A program made the position numbers and the translations under genes. Of a stretch of DNA of 64,000 bases, positions 1 through 11,987 are shown piece by piece. The stretch is from Marinilabiliaceae bacterium (GTDB taxonomy: Bacteria > Bacteroidota > Bacteroidia > Bacteroidales > Marinilabiliaceae), in assembly GCA_051875415.1 (NCBI GenBank), contig JBJEGU010000047.1, positions 48,689 to 112,688 of the forward strand. The letters are read 5' to 3'. Under the pieces are notes generated by a model. It had not been told where the DNA came from, did no database searches, and was given only the letters and a program-made list of their open reading frames with translations. Position 1 is the stretch's first letter. Each line of letters begins with the position of its first letter.

Positions 1-1154
1 AGTACTTCAAGGAGAAGATGTTGCGCCTCTCCTCCACCCTCGATGGCGCTAAGGCGTACGCTGATGCCGACTTCGTCATCATTGCCGCGCCAACTAATTA
101 CGACCCCGTAAAGAACTACTTCGACACGTCGCACGTCGAGGAGGTCATCGACCTCGTCCTCTCCGTCAACCCCGACGCCGTGATGGTCATTAAGAGCACC
201 ATCCCTGTCGGCTATACGCGCAGCCTCTACGCCAAGTACGCGCGCCGCGGGGTCAAGAGGCTCAACCTCCTCTTCTCGCCCGAGTTCCTCCGCGAGAGCA
301 AGGCCCTCTACGACAATCTCTACCCGAGCCGCATAATCGTCGGAGTCCCCAAGGTGATCGACGGGGTCGAGAACGAGGCCGACAACGCCCTCATCCGCCA
401 GTTGGCCGACTTCGCCTCGCTCGAGGCCGCCGCGCGCACCTTCGCCAGTCTGCTCCAGGAGGGCGCCCTTAAGCCCGACATCGACACGCTCTTCATGGGC
501 CTCACCGAGGCCGAGGCCGTCAAGCTCTTCGCCAACACGTATCTCGCCCTCCGTGTCAGCTACTTCAACGAACTCGATACATATGCCGAGGTAAAAGGTC
601 TTGACTCTCAGAGCATAATAAAGGGCGTAGGCCTCGACCCCCGCATTGGCTCGCACTACAATAACCCCTCTTTCGGCTACGGCGGCTACTGCCTGCCGAA
701 GGACACTAAGCAGCTCCTTGCCAACTACGCCTCGGTGCCGCAGAACATGATGACGGCAATCGTCGAGAGCAACCGTACGCGCAAGGACTATATCGCCGAC
801 GCCGTGCTCAAGAAGGCCGGCTACTACGGCTACGACAACTGCAACTCGTTCGACCAGTCCATGGAGCGCAGGTGCGTCATCGGCGTCTTCCGCCTCACCA
901 TGAAGAGCAACTCCGACAATTTCCGTCAGAGCGCAATCCAGGGTATCATGAAGAGAATCAAGGCCAAAGGTGCCGAGGTCATCATCTATGAGCCCACCCT
1001 GCCCGACGGCTCCACGTTCTTCGGCAGCATCGTGGTCAACGACATGGCCAAGTTCAAGTCCCAGAGCCAGGCCATCATCGCCAATCGCTACGACGCCGTC
1101 CTCGACGACGTGGCCTCAAAGGTCTACACTCGCGACATCTTCCGCCGCGACTAA
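1..1154 (+). CDS. ugd: UDP-glucose 6-dehydrogenase, 5' end cut by window edge
   Basis: The frame is open from the window start. The catalytic-Cys motif [14 protein letters not shown] and the overall UDP-glucose/GDP-mannose dehydrogenase layout are present. The N-terminal Rossmann part is missing. Confidence 0.85.
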   Translation, partial: YFKEKMLRLSSTLDGAKAYADADFVIIAAPTNYDPVKNYFDTSHVEEVIDLVLSVNPDAVMVIKSTIPVGYTRSLYAKYARRGVKRLNLLFSPEFLRESKALYDNLYPSRIIVGVPKVIDGVENEADNALIRQLADFASLEAAARTFASLLQEGALKPDIDTLFMGLTEAEAVKLFANTYLALRVSYFNELDTYAEVKGLDSQSIIKGVGLDPRIGSHYNNPSFGYGGYCLPKDTKQLLANYASVPQNMMTAIVESNRTRKDYIADAVLKKAGYYGYDNCNSFDQSMERRCVIGVFRLTMKSNSDNFRQSAIQGIMKRIKAKGAEVIIYEPTLPDGSTFFGSIVVNDMAKFKSQSQAIIANRYDAVLDDVASKVYTRDIFRRD

Positions 1155-1193
1155 GCCCCCTCCCCTCCTCTAAGCTGACCATTCATCCTCGCA

Positions 1194-4769
<3,576 letters not shown>

Positions 4770-4800
4770 ACCTCTGTCTGGCAAAAAGTGTGGGTCGGCG

Positions 4801-4831
4801 TTTGGATTTAAAGAAAACATCCTTACCTTTG
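4801..4831 (+). promoter_or_regulatory. Bacteroidetes-type promoter match upstream of the tRNA
   Basis: TTTG (4801-4804), a 19-nt spacer, then TACCTTTG (4824-4831). This fits the TTTG-N19-21-TAnnTTTG consensus about 50 nt upstream of the tRNA. Confidence 0.4.
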
Positions 4832-4882
4832 CATCGTCTTTCGGCCGTGCGCCTTAAGACAAACTTTCTTTAGTGAAGTTTC

Positions 4883-4957
4883 GGGCCTATAGCTCAGTTG
4901 GTTAGTAGCATCTGACTCATAATCAGAGGGTCCTTGGTTCAAGCCCAAGTGGGCCCA
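4883..4957 (+). tRNA. tRNA with CAU anticodon (elongator Met or lysidine-modified Ile2; not initiator)
   Basis: Cloverleaf read by eye. Acceptor stem is GGGCCTA/TGGGCCC, D arm AGCTCAGTTGGTTAGT, anticodon stem TCTGA/TCAGA with loop CTCATAA, and T arm GGTTCAAGCCC. CCA is not encoded. Confidence 0.85.
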
Positions 4958-4975
4958 CGAAATCTTCAAAGTCAG

Positions 4976-5015
4976 TAGCCTCGTCGTTCATCCTCGGCGA
5001 GGCTATTTTCTTTTT
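4976..5015 (+). terminator. intrinsic terminator after the tRNA
   Basis: Stem TAGCCTCG...CGAGGCTA followed by TTTTCTTTTT. Confidence 0.6.
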
Positions 5016-5028
5016 ACCCCTGTTCATT

Positions 5029-5751
5029 ATGAATATTTCCGATGACGATGTCTTCGGCTCCGCCCTCGAAGCCTATTTCAATGGCGACAAGGAAGCCAGC
5101 CTGACCGTCGAGAGTGACGATGTGGAGACAGACCAGTGGCCGCTCTCCGAATTCTTCCACTCTTGGGAGCAAATGGGCGACATTGAGCGGCGCGCCCTGA
5201 CCCTCGCCCGTGGCCGGGTTCTTGACGTGGGGGCGGGCTCGGGCTGTCACACCCTCTGGCTCCAGGAGCATGGGGCGGATGTCGAGGCCCTCGATGTCTC
5301 CGACGGCGCAGTGCGCGTTATGACGGCCAGCGGGGTCAAGTCCGTCCACAAGGCCGACTTCATGCAGTTCGTGCCGCCTCGCCCCTACGACACCATCCTC
5401 ATGCTCATGAACGGCACTGGCCTCGCCGGCTCACTTCAGGGTCTCGACGGGCTCCTCGCCAAAGCCAAGTCATTGCTCGCGCCCGGTGGGCAGATACTTG
5501 TCGACTCGTCGGACCTCATCTACCTCTTTGAGGACGAGGACGGCAGCGTCTGCCTGCCCATTGGCGGCAAGTACTACGGCGAGCTCACCTACACCTACTC
5601 TTTCCGCGGCCGGCGCTCCCGTCCCTTCGGGTGGCTCTTTGTCGATGAGCAGACTTTCGTCGATGCGGCCGCCCGCACGGGACTGCACTTCGAGGTGGTG
5701 GCTGAGGGCGGACATTATGACTACCTCGCGCGTCTCACCCGTACAGAATGA
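5029..5751 (+). CDS. class I SAM-dependent methyltransferase
   Basis: Motif I VLDVGAGSGCHTLWL followed by an acidic loop (VEALDVS). 240 aa. Confidence 0.75.
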   Translation: MNISDDDVFGSALEAYFNGDKEASLTVESDDVETDQWPLSEFFHSWEQMGDIERRALTLARGRVLDVGAGSGCHTLWLQEHGADVEALDVSDGAVRVMTASGVKSVHKADFMQFVPPRPYDTILMLMNGTGLAGSLQGLDGLLAKAKSLLAPGGQILVDSSDLIYLFEDEDGSVCLPIGGKYYGELTYTYSFRGRRSRPFGWLFVDEQTFVDAAARTGLHFEVVAEGGHYDYLARLTRTE

Positions 5752-5769
5752 ACTATGAAATAGTCTACT

Positions 5770-6393
5770 ATGAACAATCTCTCTAAATCGATAGTCCCTG
5801 GCAAGCGTCTCCAGATTTTCGACCTCGGAAACGTCCTCTACAAAGTCGACGTCCGTCTCACTATGGCCGCTTTCGAGGCCCTCGGGATGCCACATTTCGA
5901 TGGCCCGGTCTCCAACAGCCACGCCGCGGGCGGCATCTTCTCGCTCTACTGCGACGGCAAGGTGGCGACTGCCGATTTCATCAGCGGTGTCCGCGAGGCT
6001 TGTCACCTCGGCAAGGCCGACGACGGCCAGATTATCCAGGCGTGGGATGCCATGCTGATTGGCTTCTGCCGCGAGTCCGTCATGGCCGTCCGCAAGGCCA
6101 GGCGCGATGGTGCTCTCGTGGCTCTTCTCAGCAACTGCAACGAGGCGCACGCCCTCAAGTGCCGTGGCGACTTCCGCGAGATGTACCCCGACCTCGGCTC
6201 GCTCGACTCCCTTTTCGACCATGTCTTCTTCTCTCAAGAGATTGGCGTCTCAAAGCCCGCCCCCGAGGCCTGGCAGCTCGTGCTGAGCGAGATGGGAGTC
6301 CGCCCCGATGAGGCCGCTTTCTATGACGACTCCGAGATCAACATCGCCCAGGCCAAGGCTATGGGCATCGAAGCGCGGCTCTTCTCGCTCTAA
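5770..6393 (+). CDS. HAD-superfamily hydrolase (subfamily IA-like)
   Basis: Motif I-like IFDLGNVLY, then SNCN, the K of GVSKP, and the terminal acidic motif FYDDSEINI. Confidence 0.75.
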   Translation: MNNLSKSIVPGKRLQIFDLGNVLYKVDVRLTMAAFEALGMPHFDGPVSNSHAAGGIFSLYCDGKVATADFISGVREACHLGKADDGQIIQAWDAMLIGFCRESVMAVRKARRDGALVALLSNCNEAHALKCRGDFREMYPDLGSLDSLFDHVFFSQEIGVSKPAPEAWQLVLSEMGVRPDEAAFYDDSEINIAQAKAMGIEARLFSL

Positions 6394-6674
6394 AAGCCCA
6401 ACCCCAGATGCGCGAAATGCGTAGATTACAAACATTTACGACGAAAATTTCTTCCCCCGCAGGCTCGGAAGTCAATCATAATCACTAAATTCGCGCCTGA
6501 TTATTATCCGGCAACGTGTGCGGATGATGTCGTGACGACACCCGCCCGCAAGTGAAAGCCCGCGCTGTTGAAGTTGGACAAAAGGAGCGCAAATGGCTTT
6601 GATGCAAACACTTACGGACACTCCGCACGCAAACTAAGTAATATCAATATTAATCCTTTCACAACACAAAGACT

Positions 6675-7130
6675 GTGGATACTTTAAGCTACAAGACCGT
6701 TTCGGCCAACAAGGCCACCGTCGACAAGCAGTGGCTGCTCATCGACGCTACGGATCAGGTCCTCGGCCGCCTCGCCTCTAAAGTCGCGAAGGTGCTCCGT
6801 GGCAAGAACAAACCTAACTTCACGCCTCACGTCGACTGCGGCGACAACGTCGTCATCATCAACGCCGACAAGATCCGCCTCACCGGCAACAAGCTCGAAG
6901 GCAAGGTCATCTTCTCCTACTCCGGCTACCCCGGCGGCCGTCATGACAAGACCGCTGGCGAGATCCTCGCTAAGGACTCCCGCAAGCTCATCGAGCATTC
7001 CATCAAGGGCATGCTCCCCAAGAACCGCCTCGGCGCAAAGCTCTTCAAGAACCTCTACGTCTACGCCGGAGCAGAGCACAACCAGGAGGCTCAGCAGCCC
7101 AAAAAGATTGACCTTAACGAGATTTACTAA
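6675..7130 (+). CDS. rplM: 50S ribosomal protein L13
   Basis: 151 aa with typical L13 sequence (WLLIDA..VLGRLAS..A..LRGK). GTG start. Followed directly by rpsI. Confidence 0.95.
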   Translation: MDTLSYKTVSANKATVDKQWLLIDATDQVLGRLASKVAKVLRGKNKPNFTPHVDCGDNVVIINADKIRLTGNKLEGKVIFSYSGYPGGRHDKTAGEILAKDSRKLIEHSIKGMLPKNRLGAKLFKNLYVYAGAEHNQEAQQPKKIDLNEIY

Positions 7131-7519
7131 TGGCAGAAGTTACTAACGCGCTCGGCAGGCGTAAAGCTGCCGTCGCTCGCGTATACCTCACCGCAGGTAA
7201 GGGCGAGATCAAAATCAACAGCCGCGACCTGGCTAACTACTTCCCCGACGAGAACCTCCAGTTCATCGTCAAGCAGCCACTCGCCACCCTCGGCGTCACC
7301 GAGAACTACGACATCAAGGCTAACCTCGATGGCGGCGGCATCAAGGGTCAGGCCGAGGCTCTCCGCCTCGCCATCGCACGCGCCCTCGTCAAGATCAACG
7401 CCGAGGACAAGCCCGCCCTCAAGGCCCAGGGCTTCATGACCCGCGACTCCCGTGTCGTCGAGCGTAAGAAGCCGGGTCAGCCCAAGGCGCGCAAGAAGTT
7501 CCAGTTCAGCAAGCGTTAA
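7130..7519 (+). CDS. rpsI: 30S ribosomal protein S9
   Basis: 129 aa with the S9 C-terminus ...KARKKFQFSKR. Its ATG overlaps the rplM stop (TAATG). Confidence 0.95.
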   Translation: MAEVTNALGRRKAAVARVYLTAGKGEIKINSRDLANYFPDENLQFIVKQPLATLGVTENYDIKANLDGGGIKGQAEALRLAIARALVKINAEDKPALKAQGFMTRDSRVVERKKPGQPKARKKFQFSKR

Positions 7520-7678
7520 TCCTTCTCTTCGGCTTAACCCTGTTGCGCTGGCCCGCCCGCTATCTCCCCTCCCGGGCGCGAAAAGTGAGTGTTTAGTATC
7601 TAAACCGGCCAGATGCCTCCTTCGGCCTACCCGCCGGTTGACGAAACAGAACGTAAACAACCCAAACAAGACAATCAA

Positions 7679-8503
7679 ATGTCAAGAACTAATTTCGATC
7701 AGCTTTTGGACGCAGGCGTCCACTTCGGACACCTGAAGCGTAAGTGGAACCCCGCCATGAAGCCGTACATCTTCATGGAGAAGAACGGCATCCACATCCT
7801 CGATCTCCATAAAACCGTAGCCAAGATTGACGAGGCCGCTGAGGCCCTCAAGCAGATTGCTAAGTCCGGTCGCAAGGTGCTCTTCGTAGCCACCAAGAGG
7901 CAGGCCCGCGACATCGTCGCCGAGAAGGTAGGCGCTGTCGGCATGCCTTTCGTCGTTGAGCGCTGGCCGGGTGGTATGCTCACCAACTTCCCTACCATCC
8001 GCAAGACCGTCAAGAAGATGGGCTCTCTCGATAAGCTCATCGCCGATCCCGTTTTCAACAGTCTTTCTAAGAGGGAGAGGCTCCAAATCAACCGTCAGCG
8101 CGAGAAGCTCAACAAGAACCTCGGCTCCATCGCCGACCTCAACAGGCTTCCCGCTGCCATGTTCGTCGTCGATGTCACCAAGGAGCACATTGCGGTCAAG
8201 GAGGCTAACCGTCTCTGCATCCCCGTCTTCGCCATGGTCGACACCAACTCCAACCCCGCTGACGTCGACTACGTAATCCCGGCTAACGACGACGCTTCGA
8301 AGTCCATCGAGGTCATCCTCGACGTCATGACCCAGGCAATCCGCGAGGGTCTCGAGGAGCGCAAGGCCGAGAAGCTCGACGACGCTGAGGTCGAGGAGAA
8401 GAAGGCCCCCAAGGCCGGTGCCCGTAAGGCTGGCGCCCGCAAGGCCGACAAGGCCGCTGAGGCCCCCGCTGCCGAGGCTCCCGCAGCCGCTGAGGCCGAG
8501 TAA
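7679..8503 (+). CDS. rpsB: 30S ribosomal protein S2
   Basis: Internal ATG of track ORF 7613..8503. The sequence from MSRTNFDQLLDAGVHFGH is the canonical S2 N-terminus. Ala/Glu/Lys-rich C-terminal tail. Confidence 0.93.
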   Translation: MSRTNFDQLLDAGVHFGHLKRKWNPAMKPYIFMEKNGIHILDLHKTVAKIDEAAEALKQIAKSGRKVLFVATKRQARDIVAEKVGAVGMPFVVERWPGGMLTNFPTIRKTVKKMGSLDKLIADPVFNSLSKRERLQINRQREKLNKNLGSIADLNRLPAAMFVVDVTKEHIAVKEANRLCIPVFAMVDTNSNPADVDYVIPANDDASKSIEVILDVMTQAIREGLEERKAEKLDDAEVEEKKAPKAGARKAGARKADKAAEAPAAEAPAAAEAE

Positions 8504-8550
8504 GATCGAACTACTATGACCCGCCGACAGGGTCAACGGTAATCGGATAC

Positions 8551-8610
8551 GGCGCCCCGCACTGCCACGCTCTTTCATAACAACGAGGCAAGAGCGGGGC
8601 GCCTTTCTTC
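8551..8610 (+). terminator. GC-rich hairpin between rpsB and tsf (partial terminator or processing site)
   Basis: GGCGCCCCGC (8551-8560) pairs with GCGGGGCGCC (8594-8603), followed by TTTCTTC. A second hairpin, CTCCCGAT/ATCGGGAG, lies just downstream. Confidence 0.4.
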
Positions 8611-8679
8611 CCCCGTAGAAACAAAACAAATCCCGTCTCCCGATCATCGGGAGGCTTAACATTTCAAGAAATAGCTAAT

Positions 8680-9510
8680 ATGGCAATCACAGCACAAGAC
8701 ATCAAGAAGCTCCGCGACCTTACCAACGCGGGCATGATGGACTGCAAGAAGGCTCTGACCGAGGCCAATGGCGACTTCGACCGTGCGCGCGACATCCTTC
8801 GCGAGCGTGGCCAGCTCGTCGCTGCCAAGAGGGCTGACCGTGAGGCTAAGGACGGCGTGGCTATCGCTAAGGTCTCCGCCGACGGCAAGCACGGCGCCGC
8901 CATCATCCTCAACGCCGAGACTGACTTCGTCGCCGAGAACGAGAAGTTCCAGACCCTCGCCAACGCAATCCTCGACCTCGCCGAGGCCAAGCGCCCCGCC
9001 AACCTTGAGGATCTCAAGGCTCTCGAGCTTAACGGTCACACCGTAGCCGAGAACGTAAACGAGCTCACCGGCGTTATCGGTGAGAAGATTGACCTCTCCG
9101 CATATGAGCAAATTGACGCAGAGCAAGTAGCCGTCTACGTCCACAATAAGAAAATTGCCGCAGTCGTCGGCTTCAATGAGGCAACCGACGCCGAGGTCGG
9201 CAAGAAAGTAGCAATGCAGGTCGCAACCATGAGCCCCGTGGCCGTAGATAAGACCCAGGTCCCCCAGGCAACCATCGACCACGAGCTCGAGGTTGGCAAG
9301 GAGCAGGCTCGCAACGAGGGCAAGCCCGAGGCTATGATCGAGAAGATCGCGCAGGGCCGTCTCAACAAGTTCTTCAAGGAGAGCACCCTCGTCGAGCAGG
9401 CATTCTTCGCAGGTGATGGCGACGAGAGCAAGCTCTCCGTAGGCCAGTACCTCGCCAAGGTCTCAAAGACCCTCAAGCCTGTCGCAATGATTCGTCTCGC
9501 CCTCGCTTAA
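8680..9510 (+). CDS. tsf: translation elongation factor Ts
   Basis: 276 aa. N-terminal UBA-like motif IKKLRDLTNAGMMDCKKAL. Conserved rpsB-tsf synteny. Confidence 0.95.
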   Translation: MAITAQDIKKLRDLTNAGMMDCKKALTEANGDFDRARDILRERGQLVAAKRADREAKDGVAIAKVSADGKHGAAIILNAETDFVAENEKFQTLANAILDLAEAKRPANLEDLKALELNGHTVAENVNELTGVIGEKIDLSAYEQIDAEQVAVYVHNKKIAAVVGFNEATDAEVGKKVAMQVATMSPVAVDKTQVPQATIDHELEVGKEQARNEGKPEAMIEKIAQGRLNKFFKESTLVEQAFFAGDGDESKLSVGQYLAKVSKTLKPVAMIRLALA

Positions 9511-9548
9511 TCCGTTAAGCAAAAGGCGTAAGCGATAAACTTTCCTGA

Positions 9549-9590
9549 GCGGGAAAGCTACGGTTCTCTGTAGCTTCCCCGCTTTTCTCT
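9549..9590 (+). terminator. intrinsic terminator after tsf
   Basis: GCGGGAAAGCTAC...GTAGCTTCCCCGC (one mismatch) followed by TTTTCTCTTT. Confidence 0.55.
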
Positions 9591-9763
9591 TTCCCTCCTG
9601 CGCGCTTTTCTGCACGGATTTGTTATGTTAACAGGGCGCGCCTCCCAAATTAACTCTGCCGCAGTGCCGCAATTTCCCTAAATCCTGATTAAATTCGGAT
9701 GTCGCCGTATATCGTTTGGCGAGTTCATCCCTTTCTGCTGTTAATTTCTAAAGTCATATTCCC

Positions 9764-10492
9764 ATGGGTCTTCGTTTCCGCAAGACACTCAAAATATTCA
9801 GTGGACTGAAGCTCAATTTCAGCGGCAGCGGCGTGAGCCTCACTGTCGGCGGGCGAGGTCATAGCGTCACGTACAGCAAGAAGGGCACGTACGTCAATCT
9901 CGGAATCCCGGGTACAGGCATATCTTATCGGAAGAAGGTGTCAGGAGGCTCTTCCGCAAAAAAGAGCGGTGCCAGTAGCGGCAGTGGCAGAGTAAGAGCT
10001 TACAGACAGTCGCCTTATCAAGGCTCCGCCACTTTGACACCCGCCTATCCGCAGCCCGCTTATTCCGGAGGGAAAATTCCCGATGTCGACTTGCGTATGG
10101 TGCGCGCTATCGCAGAGGAGGTCGTGACATTGCCCGCAGTCTCTCTGGAGTTTGTGCAGAGACGATGTCAAGTGCAGCACACCAAGGCCGTGGAAATCAT
10201 TGTGATACTTGAGGAGATGGGCGTCATCTCTCACGTGAGGGAGGACGGGACGGCAGAGGTCAGAGTCAGGACAGCAGGCGAGCTCGCTGAGGTTTGGAGG
10301 GCTTACTTTTCCCCTCCCGTATCGTCCGCCAAGCCTGACGTTACCGCGATACCGCCAACTCCCGACGTTAACTCTTTCTCCAGTGCCTCAGGTTGCGTTC
10401 TCGATTCCAAAGGTTGCCAGTTCGCCTCTTGTCTGGTAGTCGCTATCATCGCAATTTTGCTTCTCACCTATGTACTCTGTTTGATTTCTTAA
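9764..10492 (+). CDS. DUF4236-like protein with a central FtsK-gamma-like winged-helix segment and a C-terminal TM anchor
   Basis: The N-terminus MGLRFRKTLKIFSGLKLNFSGSGVSLTVGG..GTYVNLGIPGTGISYRKKV matches my memory of DUF4236. The middle segment is SLEFVQRRCQVQHTKAVEIIVILEEMGVIS..DGTAEV. The hydrophobic tail is LVVAIIAILLLTYVLCLIS. Codon usage is visibly lower in GC than the neighbouring genes. Confidence 0.6.
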   Translation: MGLRFRKTLKIFSGLKLNFSGSGVSLTVGGRGHSVTYSKKGTYVNLGIPGTGISYRKKVSGGSSAKKSGASSGSGRVRAYRQSPYQGSATLTPAYPQPAYSGGKIPDVDLRMVRAIAEEVVTLPAVSLEFVQRRCQVQHTKAVEIIVILEEMGVISHVREDGTAEVRVRTAGELAEVWRAYFSPPVSSAKPDVTAIPPTPDVNSFSSASGCVLDSKGCQFASCLVVAIIAILLLTYVLCLIS

Positions 10493-10717
10493 AGAGGTTC
10501 GCCATCACTGGGTGCTTGTGTAGCAGCTTTTTTCTGTCGAGCCTTATTATAACAGAATATTTTCCCATTATTAAGCAGCCCTATACTTCTCTTCAGAAGC
10601 CTTTTCTCCGTCTATCACCGCCTTTTTGACTAATTTCGCGACGTAAGGTTAAAAAATGCGCCTCGCCACAGAGGTCTACATTTCCCATCCTGCTTTTTCA
10701 CCCTTTCAACCCCTGAT

Positions 10718-11668
10718 ATGCCCTCAGTAGCAGAAATACTCCGGTCGCGGACTAAGGCCGGCTTCTCCATAGAGGTCCTCCCGCCCGTCAAGGGCAAGGG
10801 CACCGAGAAGCTCATGAGCGACATCGAGAAGCTCATGAGCTTCAACCCCCTCTTCGTCAACATAACCATCCACCACTCCGAGCCCGTCTACCAGCCTGCC
10901 GAGGGCGGCAACCTCCACAAGACGTTCGTCAAGAAGAGGCCCGGCACCGTGGCCGTGGCCGCGGCCATCAACCATCGGTTCGGCATCCCGGCCGTGCCGC
11001 ACATCATCTGCCACGGCTTCACGCCCGAGGAGACGGAGTATTCGCTCATCGACCTCAACTTCCTCGGCATCCACGACCTCTTCCTCCTCCGCGGCGACAA
11101 TGACAAGGAGTCACTCGTGCCGCGAGAGCAGTCCCACGCCCACGCCACGGACCTTATCAGGCAGGTCAACGACTTCAACCGCGGCCAGCTTATCGACGGG
11201 CAGGTGGCGGAGCCGCTCGCAGTGCCTTTCACCTACGGCGTGGCGGGCTACCCCGAGAAGCACTCCGAGGCCCCGAACATGAAGAGCGACCTCGAGTGGC
11301 TCAAGCGTAAGGTCGACCTGGGGGCCGAGTACGTCATCACCCAGCTCTTTTACAATAACGAGCATTTCTACCGTTTCCGCGACAAGGCGGTCGCGATGGG
11401 AGTCAACGTGCCCATCGTGCCGGGGCTGAAGCCCATCAGCCGCAAGAGCCAGCTCAACGTCCTGCCGAGCGTATTCGCGACTGAAATTCCCGAGAGTCTC
11501 GTCAATGAGATAGAGGCGGCCGACGATGCCGACGTCAGGAAGATTGGCCGCGATTTCCTCCTCGCCCAGGCGCAGGATTTGGCGGCCCATGGAGTCCCGT
11601 GCGTCCATTTCTACACCCTCGGGGCTGTCGACACCGTCTGCTCCGTGGCTGAGGAGCTCTATAAGTAG
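10718..11668 (+). CDS. metF: methylenetetrahydrofolate reductase
   Basis: 316 aa. MTHFR family features are present (FSIEVLPP.., ITQLFYNNEHFYRF). Confidence 0.9.
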   Translation: MPSVAEILRSRTKAGFSIEVLPPVKGKGTEKLMSDIEKLMSFNPLFVNITIHHSEPVYQPAEGGNLHKTFVKKRPGTVAVAAAINHRFGIPAVPHIICHGFTPEETEYSLIDLNFLGIHDLFLLRGDNDKESLVPREQSHAHATDLIRQVNDFNRGQLIDGQVAEPLAVPFTYGVAGYPEKHSEAPNMKSDLEWLKRKVDLGAEYVITQLFYNNEHFYRFRDKAVAMGVNVPIVPGLKPISRKSQLNVLPSVFATEIPESLVNEIEAADDADVRKIGRDFLLAQAQDLAAHGVPCVHFYTLGAVDTVCSVAEELYK

Positions 11669-11707
11669 GGGGCGTGCGACTCTTTTGCGCGTTATCCGGC
11701 TTTTCGC

Positions 11708-11738
11708 TTTGCGGTCTCGATTTTTAAGTTTAACTTTG
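11708..11738 (+). promoter_or_regulatory. Bacteroidetes-type promoter of the his operon
   Basis: TTTG (11708-11711), an exact 19-nt spacer, then TAACTTTG (11731-11738), about 40 nt upstream of the leader ORF. Confidence 0.5.
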
Positions 11739-11777
11739 AACGGTGAGTTAAAACAACAGGCTCGCCGAATTTCCCTT

Positions 11778-11858
11778 ATGATTACTAACGGCATCCATCA
11801 CGCGGCAGCGCATCACCACCATCATCACCATCCGATGACGGCGGGGGAGCTCTCGTAG
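11778..11858 (+). CDS. hisL: histidine operon leader peptide (26 codons, 9 His, 7 of them consecutive)
   Basis: ATG at 11778 gives MITNGIHHAAAHHHHHHHPMTAGELS*. It lies between a promoter match and a terminator hairpin, directly upstream of hisG. Confidence 0.7.
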   Translation: MITNGIHHAAAHHHHHHHPMTAGELS

Positions 11859-11906
11859 GTGGAAGAAGAAGGCGGACGTGACAGCCGCCAAGCCGACGAA
11901 GATATT

Positions 11907-11953
11907 GAGAGGCTCGCCCCGCGAAATGCGCCGGGTGAGCCTCTCACTTTTTT
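11907..11953 (+). terminator. attenuator terminator of the his leader
   Basis: GAGAGGCTC (11907-11915) pairs with GAGCCTCTC (11937-11945), followed by AC and TTTTTT. It ends 35 nt before the hisG ATG. Confidence 0.7.
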
Positions 11954-11987
11954 ACTATCCGATAAACAATTAAAAAACAGGAATATA

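Noticed and set aside
10493-10717. Possible SAM riboswitch or Met-rich leader upstream of metF (and the 40-nt gap upstream of metH)
   Set aside because: I could not find SAM-I, SAM-II or SAM-SAH core motifs by eye. The 24-codon uORF (MRLATEVYISHPAFSPFQPLICPQ) contains no Met run. The gap before metH is too short for a riboswitch.
11526-11777. Upstream part of the 110-aa His-rich ORF 11526..11858
   Set aside because: That part overlaps the end of metF and the promoter match. Only the last 26 codons, from the ATG at 11778, make sense as a leader peptide.
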